Under the pieces are notes generated by a model. That model made no database searches. It was not told the DNA's origin and saw nothing but the letters and a program-made list of their open reading frames with translations. Position numbers and translations under genes: made by a program. From contig MU058844.1 in NCBI GenBank assembly GCA_013265495.1, positions 7,873,260-7,937,259 on the forward strand: a stretch of DNA of 64,000 bases. Direction: 5' to 3'. Positions 51,240 through 64,000 of this stretch are shown here, piece after piece (position 1 is the first letter of the stretch; every line of letters starts with the position of its first letter). The stretch comes from Vicugna vicugna. Lineage: Eukaryota.

Positions 51240-53747
51240 GCATTTGTTATCAATGCTTTATTGTTGAAAACAAAATCGAAATTCTCTGGCACATAAAACA
51301 ATTATTTCTACAAAAGGAAAGCCTACAAATCTTGATAATTTATACAAATAACAGTTTCTCAAAAAATAAAATTTTAATTTAGTAAACTTGTCTTGTGCTC
51401 TATATTTTTAGCACTGTCTGCAATAATCCACCATAAATCCCTGAGCGGAGACATTTTTTGACCATGTTCTATCGACCCTCCAGCCCTCCCCCCAAGTTGG
51501 TCAGTTACTAAGCCCAGCCCTGTAGTGAAAGGTGTCAGGGACATTTAGTTATTAATGATCCATGCATTTTATGACACAGACCCAATTATTAATGCTACTT
51601 GGGAACTGGGTCAACATGAAGTGCCTCTACTGTGCAATCGGCGAACCTATTAAGAACCAAGTGTTTGAAAGGAAGAACAATAACAACAGAAAGACATAAA
51701 ATGTTAAGACTAGGAAGTCATCATAGGTCAATAACTATTTAAATAAATAAAAATGTTAGACACTGAATTCATCTCTATATCCTTATATTAAATTCTTTTT
51801 TTTCCTTTTTTTTTTTGCAATCTGCCAATGCACTGGAGGATGAAAAATATATTTCAACCCACGCTTTTTGTTTGACCGTGGGTTTGTTGTTGTTAAATGT
51901 TAAATATTGTTCTGAAAACACAGTGATTTAGTTATAATTTAACTTTTGGCCCTTCAGTTAAATGCTTACTAAATAATATACATATTAGAAGGGCCTTCTT
52001 TTAATGCCATCAACAAATCTCTCTCACTATACTGCCCTTCTCATAAAAACACCAATGCCATAGGAACACTACTTTAAATTCTTTATCCCACTGTATTCAG
52101 ATATGCAGCAAAACATATAAAATACAAGGAAAACATAACATGATGTATTTGCAAGTCCAGCTTCCCTTTAACAGGAGTGCTGACCATATATACATGGAGT
52201 GTGAAAGGACAGGAGAAAATGCTAATTTCAACTTGCAAAGAACTGGTTTAATGAATCAAGTTTTGTTATTTTGCTATGGAAGAATAATAAATAAATAAAT
52301 ATGTAGGGTATTGTCTAGCTACTTTCTCTAGGAAGAAGTTTGAGAGTAGACTGTTATTTCTACAAAGTTAATTTTTAGTAGCGAAGTTTGACGGCAAGTC
52401 AAGAAATGTTTCTCTCTACTTCAATTATAGTCGTTTACTTATGAAATGATCATTAAAGTGGTTACTGATAGTTAAGGAAATAAAATGCCAAATTTACTAG
52501 TGAAAAAATAGTTTTCAACTGTGAAGAGCACTTGGCAGGAGACTTAGAAACACGTGGGTTAATGCTCCAGTCAATTGCAGCTTAAAAGAAGTCATTTTTT
52601 AAATGTTTTTTGGGGAGAACAAAATATGGTAAAAATAATTCCCTAAAAACTTATCAGCACTGCTGTTTAGGTACCTTTAAGAAAGTGATTAGTATTTCAT
52701 ACCAACTCTTCTCAAACTATAAAATCATTGGCAACCACTCCTTTGCACAGACTTGATTTTTAAACCTGCAACATCTTGGGAGTCACAAAGCATCTTCCCT
52801 TTTGTCTAACAGCTGCTCGTCAGTTATGGGAACCGGAACACTTTTTAAGCTTCTCTTTGATTTACTCCTTATATAAGTGTGAGCATTAACCAGGAATAGC
52901 CATTTTAAAAGGCAATATCAAAAGCCTAAGAATGAATACAATGAATTTTTCTAGGCAGTTCTGGGCAGAAGGCGGGGCAGGAAGGGTTGGGGACATTAAA
53001 GTAAAGAAACGCCTGCCTGGCACGACTACAGCCTCCCCAGCCTCTCCCACAAGACCAGTGAGAAGTATGGTTCGCTTTCTTCTGCAGATCCTTCTCAGAA
53101 CACGAAAAGCCAAGGATGCCCAAATGACAGTGACATGTAAATCATAAACGTTACGTGCACTAGTCGGGAAACAACTAGATTCCGACAGATCCTAACACGG
53201 TATTTAGGAAAAAAAAAAAAAGTCTTCTACATTTTAGAAATCGACAAGCAGGCTGCCCCAAAGAGGGAAGACAGCAGCGCCAGGACGACGAGCCAGCTCA
53301 CCAGGATTCACACGCACTACACTTGAATCACGCCCTGTGAACACTTGACCTTAATGGTTTACCATGGCTGAACAGACACTCTGACTTCCTCTCACAGTGT
53401 TTAAGGAACAATTTCTCAATTAGCTTTCAAAGATGAACAAAATTTGAAACTTCGACCCCCCCACCCCCCCTTTAAGAATGCCAAGAGATCCTGTGTTAAG
53501 TGCTCTGGTTCAGTGTTCTACGGGTAATAGACGCATCCTTCAGCAGGTTTCCCACGTTCCCCTTTTTTGGTGTTAACGGCTGTGCCAACAGCGAAGTGGA
53601 TGCTTCCAGGGGCGGCAGTGATCTCAGTGACCTCTCCCTGGGTCTTGACGTCCAAACTAGCTCTTGTCATAGCACGGCTGGGAAGCTCTGTTCGTTATTG
53701 AAGGCAGTTTTAAAATAGGGAGGAGGACGAGGTACCGTCCTCCTGTG
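51240..53747 (-). other. TMTC2: TMTC2 3' UTR (~2.5 kb, inferred)
   Basis: Repeat-free, U-rich on the minus strand, between the conserved stop and the AATAAA. Contains a Pumilio-type UGUAUAUA near 52187-52194. Confidence 0.65.
51257..51262 (-). terminator. Probable TMTC2 polyadenylation signal (AATAAA)
   Basis: First canonical minus-strand AATAAA I found downstream of the stop, at the end of a repeat-free stretch. UGUA elements lie upstream (51308-51311, 51344-51347) and GU/U-rich sequence downstream. Confidence 0.6.
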
Positions 53748-53928
53748 TCAGGTCTTGGAAGTCTTTAAAGCCTTGCTTTTCCATGATGTTCCAGAGTTTG
53801 CGGAGGTTGGATTGCGTGATGACGTCGTCCGGCTTGAGCTGCAGCGCCCGCAGGTAGTTGGCCTCAGCCTTCTGGAGCCGGCCGTTGAGGTGCAGGATGG
53901 CTCCCAGGTTCATCAGAGCGGCCGGATA
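53748..53928 (-). CDS. TMTC2: Last coding exon of TMTC2 (protein O-mannosyltransferase; final TPR repeat). As written it has a +1 frameshift and reads on to TAA at 53710-53712
   Basis: Polypyrimidine tract and CAG acceptor (TCTCCTTCCTCTCTCTGGTTCCAG|TAT), phase 0. YPAALMNLGAILHLNGRLQKAEANYLRALQLKPDDVITQSNLRKLWNIMEKQG matches the recalled TMTC2 C-terminus; LKTSKT* is present after removing one base. Confidence 0.93.
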
Positions 53929-55234
53929 CTGGAACCAGAGAGAGGAAGGAGAACGATTAAGAGGCCGTTGCAAGCTTTCCTTCGTGGAAGACAAAAATCT
54001 TCATCCACTTATGCAAAGGATTCCCTCATGCCTGGGGGTATTTTATGGAAGCAATTTGCAATTTATACAAATAGACAAAGATAATCAGGAAGGAAAAGAA
54101 GTTTTCAAACAGCAGCTGTGTACTCTACGCTTTAAAGAAGGCAGGCAGCTAAAGAATTTTTTACTTCTTTAATGAGAGAGCATAGGTTACATATGAAGAC
54201 CTAGTAACTTAGTCAAACAGCACTTTCTTGAGAAAATAGTTAAAAGGGATACAATTGCAGATAGAAAGAACTGAACATTTTTTCAACTCAACACCAAGAA
54301 ATCAAAAATTAAGTGGGAAAAGTTGACAGATCTAGGTCTATCCATCCTTTGCTTTCTCTCCTTAGCAATATTCCAGGTCAATCACGGTAGTATAAAGAAA
54401 GAAATAAAACATACTGTAAAATTGTGCTGGTGTTTTCAAGAGTAAAAACTCTGAAAAAAAAATTCAAATACAATCACTAAAGTCCTTTCCAAATCTAACC
54501 CAAGTAGTTTTATGAGACAGTCTTTATTTTTAAGTCAAACAGCTTTTAAATTTCTAATGGTCAATGTTAACAATAAATACAGCAAGGTAAAAACACATCA
54601 AAATGGATAAAATATGGTACAGAAAAATGTAATCCTTATAAGAAAAGTTTTATATTATTTGTTTAAAATTAGTTAAGTGATTCTCAAAGATAGAATTTTC
54701 CGTGTTGTGTGACAATTGCAATACAAAGTTATCATGTGAAAAGCAAAGTTAAAAGTATGAGTTACTTGGAACTAGTTTAATGCAAGGGTTTCCACCCTCT
54801 AGTTCTCAAACATTAGTTAATACCAACGGGCCCTTCCAAAAGGAAAAAACACGTTGTATGTTATCTATGAATATGGGCTGTTCTGTTCTTGTCTTGTCCC
54901 TGGAACTTTCTGGCTAACAAAGAGTAGCTAATATTTTGGCAGTTACATAAATGCATATTTCAAACATCAGATAAAACTAAAATTGTTTATGCTAAGATTA
55001 GGTTTTCCTTCTACAGATGGTGTCAGCTATTAATTCTTCTGGCAACGCTATGATACAGGCGAAAATAATTCACAATTATTTGTACGATTTAGTGTTTTTA
55101 CAATGCAAGCATTTTTCAGCTGAATTCATGTGACTCCACTCTTTACTGTAAAAACAATTATTTCTGAACCAAAAACAATGCTGGGGGAGGGCTAAAGAGC
55201 TCACAGTAAATCAACTGGGAAGAGATGATTAAAT

Positions 55235-55440
55235 TTAGATTTTAAGAGATCTGGATTTGAGTTTTTCGTCAACTGCTGGCTGTGACCCTGGTGAGATCCC
55301 CTAACATATCTGTGCCCCAATTTCTTCATTTATGAAATACTGAAATAACATCAACTTTTTTGTGTGTTGTTAGAAAGATAAAAGGAGAAAATAAATGGAG
55401 CTTAGTACGTGCACATAGTAAACACTCCACAAATGTCAAG
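55235..55440 (+). mobile_element. MIR SINE
   Basis: GGCTGTGACCCTGG..CTAACATATCTGTGCCCCAATTTCTTCATTTATGAAAT, GCACATAGTAAACACTC. Confidence 0.7.
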
Positions 55441-57387
55441 TTCACTTTTTCTTGTCTCATTTGCTTTGCACATGCATGTTTGTGATTTTTAAAGTTGTTA
55501 TACATACTTTATAACTTTATTTCAATAGCTACATGTCTCTGGATGGACATCAAAGTTCTCTTAAGTCCTCAACTGCTGAGCATTATCTTCCAACTTTTTC
55601 TACATCTTCTTCTCTTTTCCAAAAATAATGTTGCAAATACAAGCTATTCCTGACCTTCAAAAACCTTTTGGTCAGGATGACTCCATACTTATCAAGAAAA
55701 ATACAGATGGTCAATTTCTAATTTTAAATACCAATCCAAATAAACATAGCTCTAAAATTACATGTGCAGTAAATAGCTCCACGTTGGAAACCTAAAATAA
55801 CACCACCAACTCTGTCTTCCTCAAAGGACTTTGTTATCCTACCACCCATTATTATCCTGAGTTTCTTGGTGCCAGGCCAGGACAGACTTTTGAACTATAT
55901 CCCCTCCCAGAGCTTAGCACAAGGGTCAATAAACAGCTACTAAACTGATGGTGAAGTGTGTTCACAGCCTGACTTACTAGAGATGCTAAGTAGATGAAAT
56001 GTTCAGACTTCCTGCCATCCTGAGTGGGAAGAGAGGAAATGGGGAGGCAGAACCACAGTTGGACACCATTCCTTACTAACCAGAAATAGAAGAGGCCCAG
56101 GGATGGGGCTGAGAGAAACCAGATGGCTCCGTGGGGTAGTGGTTATATTTTGGATCACTTTATCATCAGTGTCTGCACCTAACTATAACTGCGACTCGAG
56201 GGGATTATTAAAAACACTCAGAGTTTACAGAGTTGCACTAACTAGGTTGCAATGCTAGCTCTGCTCCAGAGACGTGGGCACTTGGACGAGTGCTCTCTGA
56301 GCACTGAGACCTCCATTTCTTGTGCAAATGGGATGGTAATGGTACTTTCTTCATAGGGTTGCTGATGAGATTTTATGAGGATACACAATTTATTGTCTTT
56401 TCCCTCTTCTGCCTCCTCATCATCTCAAACAAACAAAGCAGAATCTTCATGTCGATGTGCCTAAATGACCACTGAGTCCAAACACGGAGGATTTGTGAAC
56501 TGGCTCTGCCTTTACTAGGTTTGTGGCCTTTCTTAGATTAAACTTGGAAAAGACAACTGTGAAAACAGGAAGTATATATCCCGCCACATAAAAAGACTTT
56601 ATTCTTGTTATGAAATTGCAGCCTGGGGTCCTATTATCCTTAGAATACTTCAAAGTCAACTCTCTACTAACAAATGATGGAAAAAAAGTTAATATTATGC
56701 TAAGAAAACACAATTAGAAAGTTCAATCTGTTATCAAAATAAGTTCTGAGAGCTAATTATAATGGTGTTTTTGGAATAACTTTAATTTTGCATAATCCAT
56801 GCTAGTGTATTACTGAGACAAAAATAATCACAAATTGACATCATGAAGTTAATGTGGGATAGCTGATCTCATAGAAGCTCACATACACTCATTAACTGTG
56901 TTCCCTAAAGAGTAAGAGCCGAAGTACACTAAGAATGTGCATATTTAAGAAATCATTCACTATTTTTAAGCAGCTATGGATTTCTATGTTCAGATGAAAC
57001 ATTTTGGTTTGAATGTGTCTATTTTAATAGAGTTAAAAAGTTTTTTTTTTAGTTTTAAAGATCTATGAACATACATTATGTAATACTTAAAACATCACTA
57101 TAGCTTTGCATTTGAGTGAATAGAAACTGATGAAATTTACATACTGATGTGCTCAAACGTGAGTAAGTGGGGTATCAATGCCTTAGGTAACAACAGTTAT
57201 TTTGACATAACAATTTCAAGTGTTTGATTTATGAGTAAAACTGGAGATAGACTATTTTTTTCTTACATGATTGTTTTCTCTCTTCAAAGACAAGGGCTTT
57301 ATCGTTAAAGTCTGCCAAGTCTCGTCTCCACAGCAGTGGCTAGGGTAGCTTAGTGGATGCCCAGTGGACTGAATGTCTTCAGGTCTC

Positions 57388-57542
57388 CTAGCCTTGCTAC
57401 AAAAATTGCAAGGAGTAGCATTAGAATTACCTGGGAGCCTGAAAGAAATGCAGAATTTCAAGTGCCACTTACTGAATTAAAATCTGAATTTTAACAAGAT
57501 CCCCCAGTGTTACGTGTGCACGTTAAAACTTGAGAAGCACTA
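57388..57542. mobile_element. MER5A1-like MITE
   Basis: GAATTACCTGGGAGC..AGAAATGCAGAATTTCA..ATCTGAATTTTAACAAGATCCCC..TTGAGAAGCACT. Confidence 0.8.
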
Positions 57543-59717
57543 TTATAGAGGTCATTTCCAGATTCTGGATTATGTCATTTTACAGTTTTTGAGATGAACT
57601 TTTCTAGAGGATGAGGAAGCTCCTATAGAACAAAGTATATCAAATCAAACGTCAATCCTTCCCTGAAGTAGAATTTTTCTCTTGGCTGTGCAATTATTTA
57701 AGGTAGTAAATGTTCAAATGAAACTATATTAACAGAAGCTGTAAATGACGAAATATTGTTAGACAGAAGGAGAGGGAATAAAAAGCCTTTCCATCACCAA
57801 ATAAGAGCTTGTAAAAGTTTCTAAACAGACTTGAAGACTACCTAGCTATGTAACTGAAATGTGAGAAACCCAGGTGATGGGCTGGCTGAGTACATATCAG
57901 TGTCACTGCTCTCTGCCAGCTGTGACTCCCGGGCTGGGGAACAGGAACCCAACCACAAATGCTGCTGTCTTCCCTCACACAAATCTGCTCTTATGAAAGA
58001 CAGCCGATGAAATTCTCAGCATGTTAACAAAGGCAAGTCAAGCAGCTTGCAATGCAGTAACATGGGGCTTGTGGCTCCACACAGCAAATGACCCTGCCTC
58101 TTACTTCACAGACTAGAAAGGAGAACCAGACCTTTCTGGTTTCCTTGAAGAGGGCAGATACTTTACATCAAAGGGGTTGTCTAGCCATCATACTGAGGCA
58201 ACAAATGATGTCTTTTCCAAGTCTCTAGGGAATTAAGCCTTTTTTATTTTTATTCACTTATTTATTTTGCTAGTTTACTGTGGTCTCTGGCTTACTTCTC
58301 CAACACTGGAAAAAACAAGCAAAATTAAAAATAATAGATGTATACTGGGGTGGGATGGAGCAAAGGGCAAGATTGTGAAGGTTTGATGCTAGTCTAATGC
58401 CCTAAAGGTTCCCAAGGAAGCCAGCTGAACTCACAGGTATCCTGACCACAGAGGACTGGAAGGCAAAGAAATTTTCATGCTCTCTGCCTATTATGCAGTC
58501 TTGGAAAGATACCTATGGAAGAGGAAGAGTGAGACAGTAAGGGGATTTAGGGTTGGGAATTCATGTTTCCACTGGAAATAGGACTAAAATATAGAACATT
58601 GAAGAGAGGACTTGGGTGAGGCCCAGAAAGAGGAAAGGAAGGACTTGGTGGAAATGTTCTGGAATTGTAAACCCACACAGGAACTGGCCTCTCTGCATCC
58701 TATTAGTCCTTGTTACCACTTCCCTTTTATGAAAATAAATCAACAGGCAAGAGAAGCTATGAAAAAGAGGAAGACAGATAACAGACCAAGAGTTCTGGTT
58801 TTATAAATATATCTACTTTCACTCAAAGTGTTGCTGAAATTATCCATATAGTTGTATCTTTACTGCTGTATGAACTAAATAACTTAAGATAGAATGTCAG
58901 AAGTTAGCCTTACCCAGTTATTACTCAGTTAATACACTACACATTTGGGGGATTTTTTTCAAGATAACCACCTTTAACTTTCCTTTGGAATTAGCAAACT
59001 TAAATGACTCTGCAGAGTCTGAAGTTTTTAATGGAGTCTCACTCTTTTTTGGTACCAAATAACTTAATGAAGGCTGTGGACTGCCATTCAACTGTACTCA
59101 GTCGAAACTGCTTACCCAATTTAATTTACTGGAGTGGTAACGATACTACGATGCTTCAAAACTAATGGTGTAAACTTTTAAGAAACATTTTCATGAAAAA
59201 GAGTATTTACACATCAACTCAAGGGATTTCTTCATGTTTATTGTGCCCTGTACATGGCAATTAATTAATAAATAATTACTGAATTAAAGTTTTCAAGATT
59301 ATCTATATGCCTTACGGAAAAAAAGTGTTTAACAGGGACTGAGACACAATGAGATACCTTATGCTCTGCAGTTCCAATAGCACTCCTTCTCCTTTGTCTC
59401 ACTGGCATGCTTAATGGTCCGATGCCAGGCTGGAAACCTAAATTAATTATCCTCGATTCCTTGCCTTCCTCCATGCCCACACATATACATTTATCCAGCT
59501 GTTAAGTCTTGGCAACTTTACCCCCAAATCTCCCTTAACTCTGTCTTTTAATTATAGTCTGTCCGTTTCTCCCAATTTGGTTTAAGCTATAATCATCTTT
59601 TCTTAGATTGTTTAAATAAAATTATTTTGACAAAAAAGAATTAATGAATGGGTAGTTGAAACGACTGATGGGTGACAGATTAAATGAATGGACACAGAAG
59701 TAAAGCCTTGCGCAGGG

Positions 59718-60460
59718 TCTTTTATTATAAACATTTTAGGCATACACAAATTTCAGAGAATACAATAAAAACTGTGCCCTTAATAAAGACAATCAAAGCC
59801 CCCTGTCCTGTTCCTGAACTCACCCCCATCTTCCCCAAGAAAACCACTACCCTGAAGTTAGCATTTACCATTGCACTGTATGCGTTACATTTTTATTTTT
59901 TTGTATGCCTGTAACAAATACATGATCACATACATTGACAAGTTTTAATTTTATAAATTTCTCATTATCCTCATGGGAAGCCATCCTGCCAAGCACCCAC
60001 CTGGAACTTGAATTTTTTGCTCATCATTTTGTTTTTCAGATTTATCCACATTGGTATATGTAAGGTTCGTTGGTTCTTTCCCATGAATTCCATTGAATGA
60101 CTACTCATTCTCTGAAGGAGGGACACACAGACTCTTTAAAGGAGACTGCCATCAATATTCTTGTGAACATCTCTACACATATGTATGGGAGAGTTTCTAA
60201 GAGCAGAATGGCTGGATCACAGGGGATCTTCAAGTTAGCCGGGTAGTTTACCAAACTGCTCTTCAGGGTCACTGTATCCAAATGCATTAGCATCAACATG
60301 TGACAGGGGTCTCTGTTTCACATCCTTCCTAACACTCAATATTGTCTGGCTTTTTAAACTTTGCAAATTGAAAGTTGTAAAATAGTACCTTATTCTCTGT
60401 TTGATGTTTTTCCTGATGGCTAGGGATGTTAATAACATTTTCATAAGTTTACTAGTTTAA
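59718..60460 (-). mobile_element. Old L1 (L1ME-like) 3' region
   Basis: Minus ORFs give NLKIPCDPAILLLE and MRYYFT-like L1 ORF2 C-terminal remnants. Confidence 0.75.
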
Positions 60461-63400
60461 AAAAGCTAGTGCGTAAATATTTCCCCGTCAGTGACCACCT
60501 GTTCTTCAACACCTGGACAGAACAAATTTTGGAAGGGTTGTCAATGATGCAGTGATATTTGAAAGTTAATTACTCAGAGTTCCCACTACCTCAAAACGGC
60601 CCAGAAATAGGACTGTCTGGTCTGGTGTTTCCCTGGTCAGAGTCAGTTTCCCAAGACTGACAACCAGCTAACTGCTGTTTCTAAAGTGAAAAAATCAGTT
60701 ATACACAAAATGGTAAATCCTTGATATAGGTTCACTTTCCACGTGGTGAGAAAAGACACGAATCTGGGCAGTGAGAGGGACAGCAGGAGCCACACAAATG
60801 TGTCACAGTACCTCTGGGGCCCTGGATCACTGTGTGTGGGAGGAGGATGGCGGCTCCCAGCTAGCGAGCACACGAAGCCGATTTCTCTTCCTGATCGGCT
60901 TCTCTGTCTTTATCCCGCTTTTTTCCTGCTTTCTGCCTTTCTCCTTAGTTCTTTTTCTCAGGGCCAACAAGAACATTTAAGATGAACAACGTGTTTCATA
61001 GTCTCCCTCCATTTCTACCAGTACTGCCTGGGTTAGCACTGCATCCAATTCCTCAATTCCGCCAACCTCCTAGTCTCCCCACCTTCCACTTCTTCCTTAC
61101 TCCAGTGTCTTCCACCTGACCTTTGCCTTTCTTACACACCATGGGGCTTGAGAGGGTCAACTTGTGCCTACAGAAAAGAATCCAGACTCTTCTGCCCAGT
61201 ACTAAGAACCCTTTACAACCTGGGACCCAGTAAACCCCCCATATACATTCTGCATGAGCCACGTGAAACTTCTCTTTCTGCCATGTGCTACTGTGAACAT
61301 TCATTTCTCACCACCCTGCTCTCCAGACAAAGCTCTTCTTCCACTTTCTTTTCCACAACCTTCAGCTCACTTTTAAAATGAACTGAACAATCTCTTATCC
61401 ATAGCTTCCTTCTCTGTGTTCCTAGAGTTCTGTCTCTATACATTAACTGCAATGCTTACCACGATGAAATAGGTCTACTTGTAAGTGTCTGTCTTCACTG
61501 GAGGGTAAGACAGAGAATTTAACTGTAGTTATAGTGTTAGGAGAGGTGAATTCTAGCCCAACCTCAATATAATTTAACAGACATTTATTAAGCACTTACT
61601 ATACGTCAAGATTGCGGCCAGATACTCTAGGGAAGTGGTGAAAAAGAACAATATGCCTTTTTTAGTCTCTGTGGGACTTTAGCTAACTTTAGTAGCACAC
61701 TTGGCATTTACCACAAACTCTTAGGAGGTACACATTCTAGTATACCATGTATGCTCCTGAAACCTATGAGGTAGGTGAAACTGACATTCACGCCCTGTTT
61801 TATAAACTACAGGGTACTGCCCAGAAGGATTCATCACCCTCAAGGAGTTTGCAGTCCAGTGCACGAAAACAAAGTCTTTTATTCCAGAGAAGAATCAGAC
61901 ATGTCCACAAGGGAGATACAAGGACTGAGCTATGGGGTGAAGGGAGATTATTTCCTTATAGGTGTGAAACTCTTAGACAAGATGAATTATCAGGTTGCTT
62001 TAAAGTCTTTCTATTCTTCCAAATTAAGAATAATCTATAAACTTTGGAAATGAGTGGGTCAGATCAAAATCAATTTTTTACTTTTTAAAAGGGTTTTTGG
62101 CAAACTGCTCAGAGCGAGCCAGCAGAAGCCCTAACAGAGCAGAGTGTGAATTTCAATTAGGCTTGACATTCAGATGTCAGTGGCGACAGCCATGCTAACC
62201 CTTTTGAGACAAAACCAAGATGAAAAAAACAAATCTTACTAAAAACCAAAATCTTAATACAACAAACTAAAAGACCTTTCACAAAATTTATGACCAAAAA
62301 AAAAAAAAATTTCCCAAAACCACAAGCACTGCAGCGCTCCCAATTCAGAAATGACAGTTCTCTGTAGTCATGTTTTGACTATAGTCATATTTTGAATAAA
62401 GCATCTTGGGAAAAAGATTTGCCAAACTGTACCTACAGCAAGGGACTACAACACAAGAAATCTGGTCATGGTGAGGCAAATTCTGACAATAACAGAAATG
62501 ATTCATTCTGATTCTCAGTTTCAGCACAGTATTTGTGTTTCTGCAATAACTTTGAATAAAACAAAACAGACAGAGGTGACAAGCAGGACACAAAGCTGTA
62601 TTAAGGGAGCAGTTTCAGCTTGTCAGTGCCACATTTTATCCTGTGTGCTGAAGCCTTCTCTCCTACATCTGTCCCATTCCAGCGGGTGTTACAAGAATGT
62701 TCATTTAACTTTTATGATGGGCGTGATTGCCACATTGTGGAGTGCTATTCATTTCTGTGGCAACCAAAATGCCAACAGCTGTGGTTTAGGGGACAGCAAA
62801 CAGTGACTGTAACCAAGTCATTTCAAAGGTGGTGATTTCCAACACATTTTAAAGTGCGTCTACTAAATTAAGAACATGACCTCAGAAATTACTCCTCACT
62901 GAAGATGATCCTGTTCCAAAGATAGGTGTTCCTGATGTCTTTAATTTCACAGGAAGTCTCTCATATGATCCAAAAGGAAAACCATGATCTCAGGCCACCT
63001 GAACTTCACTCACAGCTTTTTTGTTTTAATTTTCATTGTTTTACTTTTTATTTTTTTTATTGAATGAAAGATTGTTGAAATTCTATGGTACTTTACAATT
63101 TTCAAAAGTTTCATAGACATGATTTCATATAATCTCATAATAACCCTATTTCTCGCTACCCCTCACTCACAGCTTTTATAAAACGCAGTCACTATACTGT
63201 TGAACTTGACCTGCAACAAGTACCTAGCTCATCACTTGAAGGAAAACTACTAGATAAAAGTTCTACCTTCGCTAGAAAATATATGATGACATAAAGTGCA
63301 TGCAGAGTAGAAAAATGAAAATAAGTAGAAGTTATTGAAGGTTAAAAACCTGGAAGGAGAGAAGTTTAGAAAAAGACCTGCACAACAGACAAACATTATC

Positions 63401-64000
63401 TCCCTCGAACACCCAAGAGCTGTCTTCCCTTACTAATCCAGAGAGCTGCTGCAAAACCCCACAGCACCTTGTTCTCTTCTTTAAACCAAATTCCTTGCCT
63501 ATTTCTAGTCCAAATATGATTTCAGCAACATAATTCACTCTACACTTTTTTCATTTCTTTTTAGCATGAAGGGGCAGGAGAAACATGTGCGGTATGCTTT
63601 CTCGATCACAGTCATATTACGCAGAAGGATTTCCAGCTGTACAAGAATCCAAATGCGTGTGTGTGAAGCGTGAGTCTGAATATATCTGATGCTCATTTCA
63701 AAAAGTTCATACATGTCACTGCAATAATCACATTGTTATTAAAATACATTTCAGGGATATGTTGGAAATTGAGATTTGGGCTTATGGGAATTAAGAACTC
63801 AACTGTCATGGAAAACAGAAGTAGAGCTGTTTTTTTTTTTTTTTGGCTGGCCTTTTTTTTTGCTATGCAAATTGATCTGATCAAAAAATACAATACACTA
63901 AGAAGTATAGACATACCGCATTGACAAAATCAAAGCTGTGCTGGAATAAAGACTTGACAGAGGCCACCACAATCAACTTCAGGAAATTATTTCTAACCTA

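Larger units (their letters stand above)
53929..64000 (-). other. TMTC2: TMTC2 last intron (3' part); no further exon recognised
   Basis: Lies upstream of the acceptor on the minus strand; contains MIR, L2, L1 and MER5 relics and no TPR-like ORF. Confidence 0.8.

Noticed and set aside
53929..53994. N-terminal part of the listed 94-aa ORF (MSSTKESLQRPLNRSPSSLWFQ)
   Set aside because: This is translated intron, including the polypyrimidine tract and acceptor; homology starts at YPAALM.
53755..54172. Plus-strand ORFs of 109 and 104 aa antisense to the TMTC2 exon
   Set aside because: Typical antisense shadow of a GC3-rich exon.
1..64000. CRISPR arrays, operons or other prokaryotic systems
   Set aside because: The DNA is clearly mammalian; no regularly spaced repeat-spacer array or dense coding regions.

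Overview
This is mammalian, repeat-rich genomic DNA. A vic-1-like tRNA-derived SINE and the style of the young L1 3' ends suggest a camelid (inference). The only protein-coding sequence I can support is the terminal coding exon of TMTC2 on the minus strand (acceptor at 53929-53930). Its ~2.5 kb 3' UTR ends near an AATAAA at 51257-51262, and 53929-64000 is its last intron. Bases 1-51200 are downstream intergenic DNA made of ERVL/MaLR, L1, L2, MIR and hAT (MER) relics. The most notable observations are: (1) an apparent +1 homopolymer frameshift just before the conserved TMTC2 stop; (2) a 1.8 kb TSD-flanked bipartite L1 with a CpG-rich 5' UTR joined directly to the 3' end and no ORFs; (3) a ~920 bp near-identical tandem duplication in an ancient ERVL; (4) ERVL pol pieces in opposite orientations; (5) a tailless 36-nt U2 retropseudogene with overlapping TSDs; (6) a clean solo LTR with a 4-bp TSD; (7) a UGA-C stop followed by a hairpin in TMTC2. 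I do not see convincing evidence of a wholly new biological system. Repeat family names come from recalled consensus sequences, not a database search, and boundaries of old repeats are approximate.
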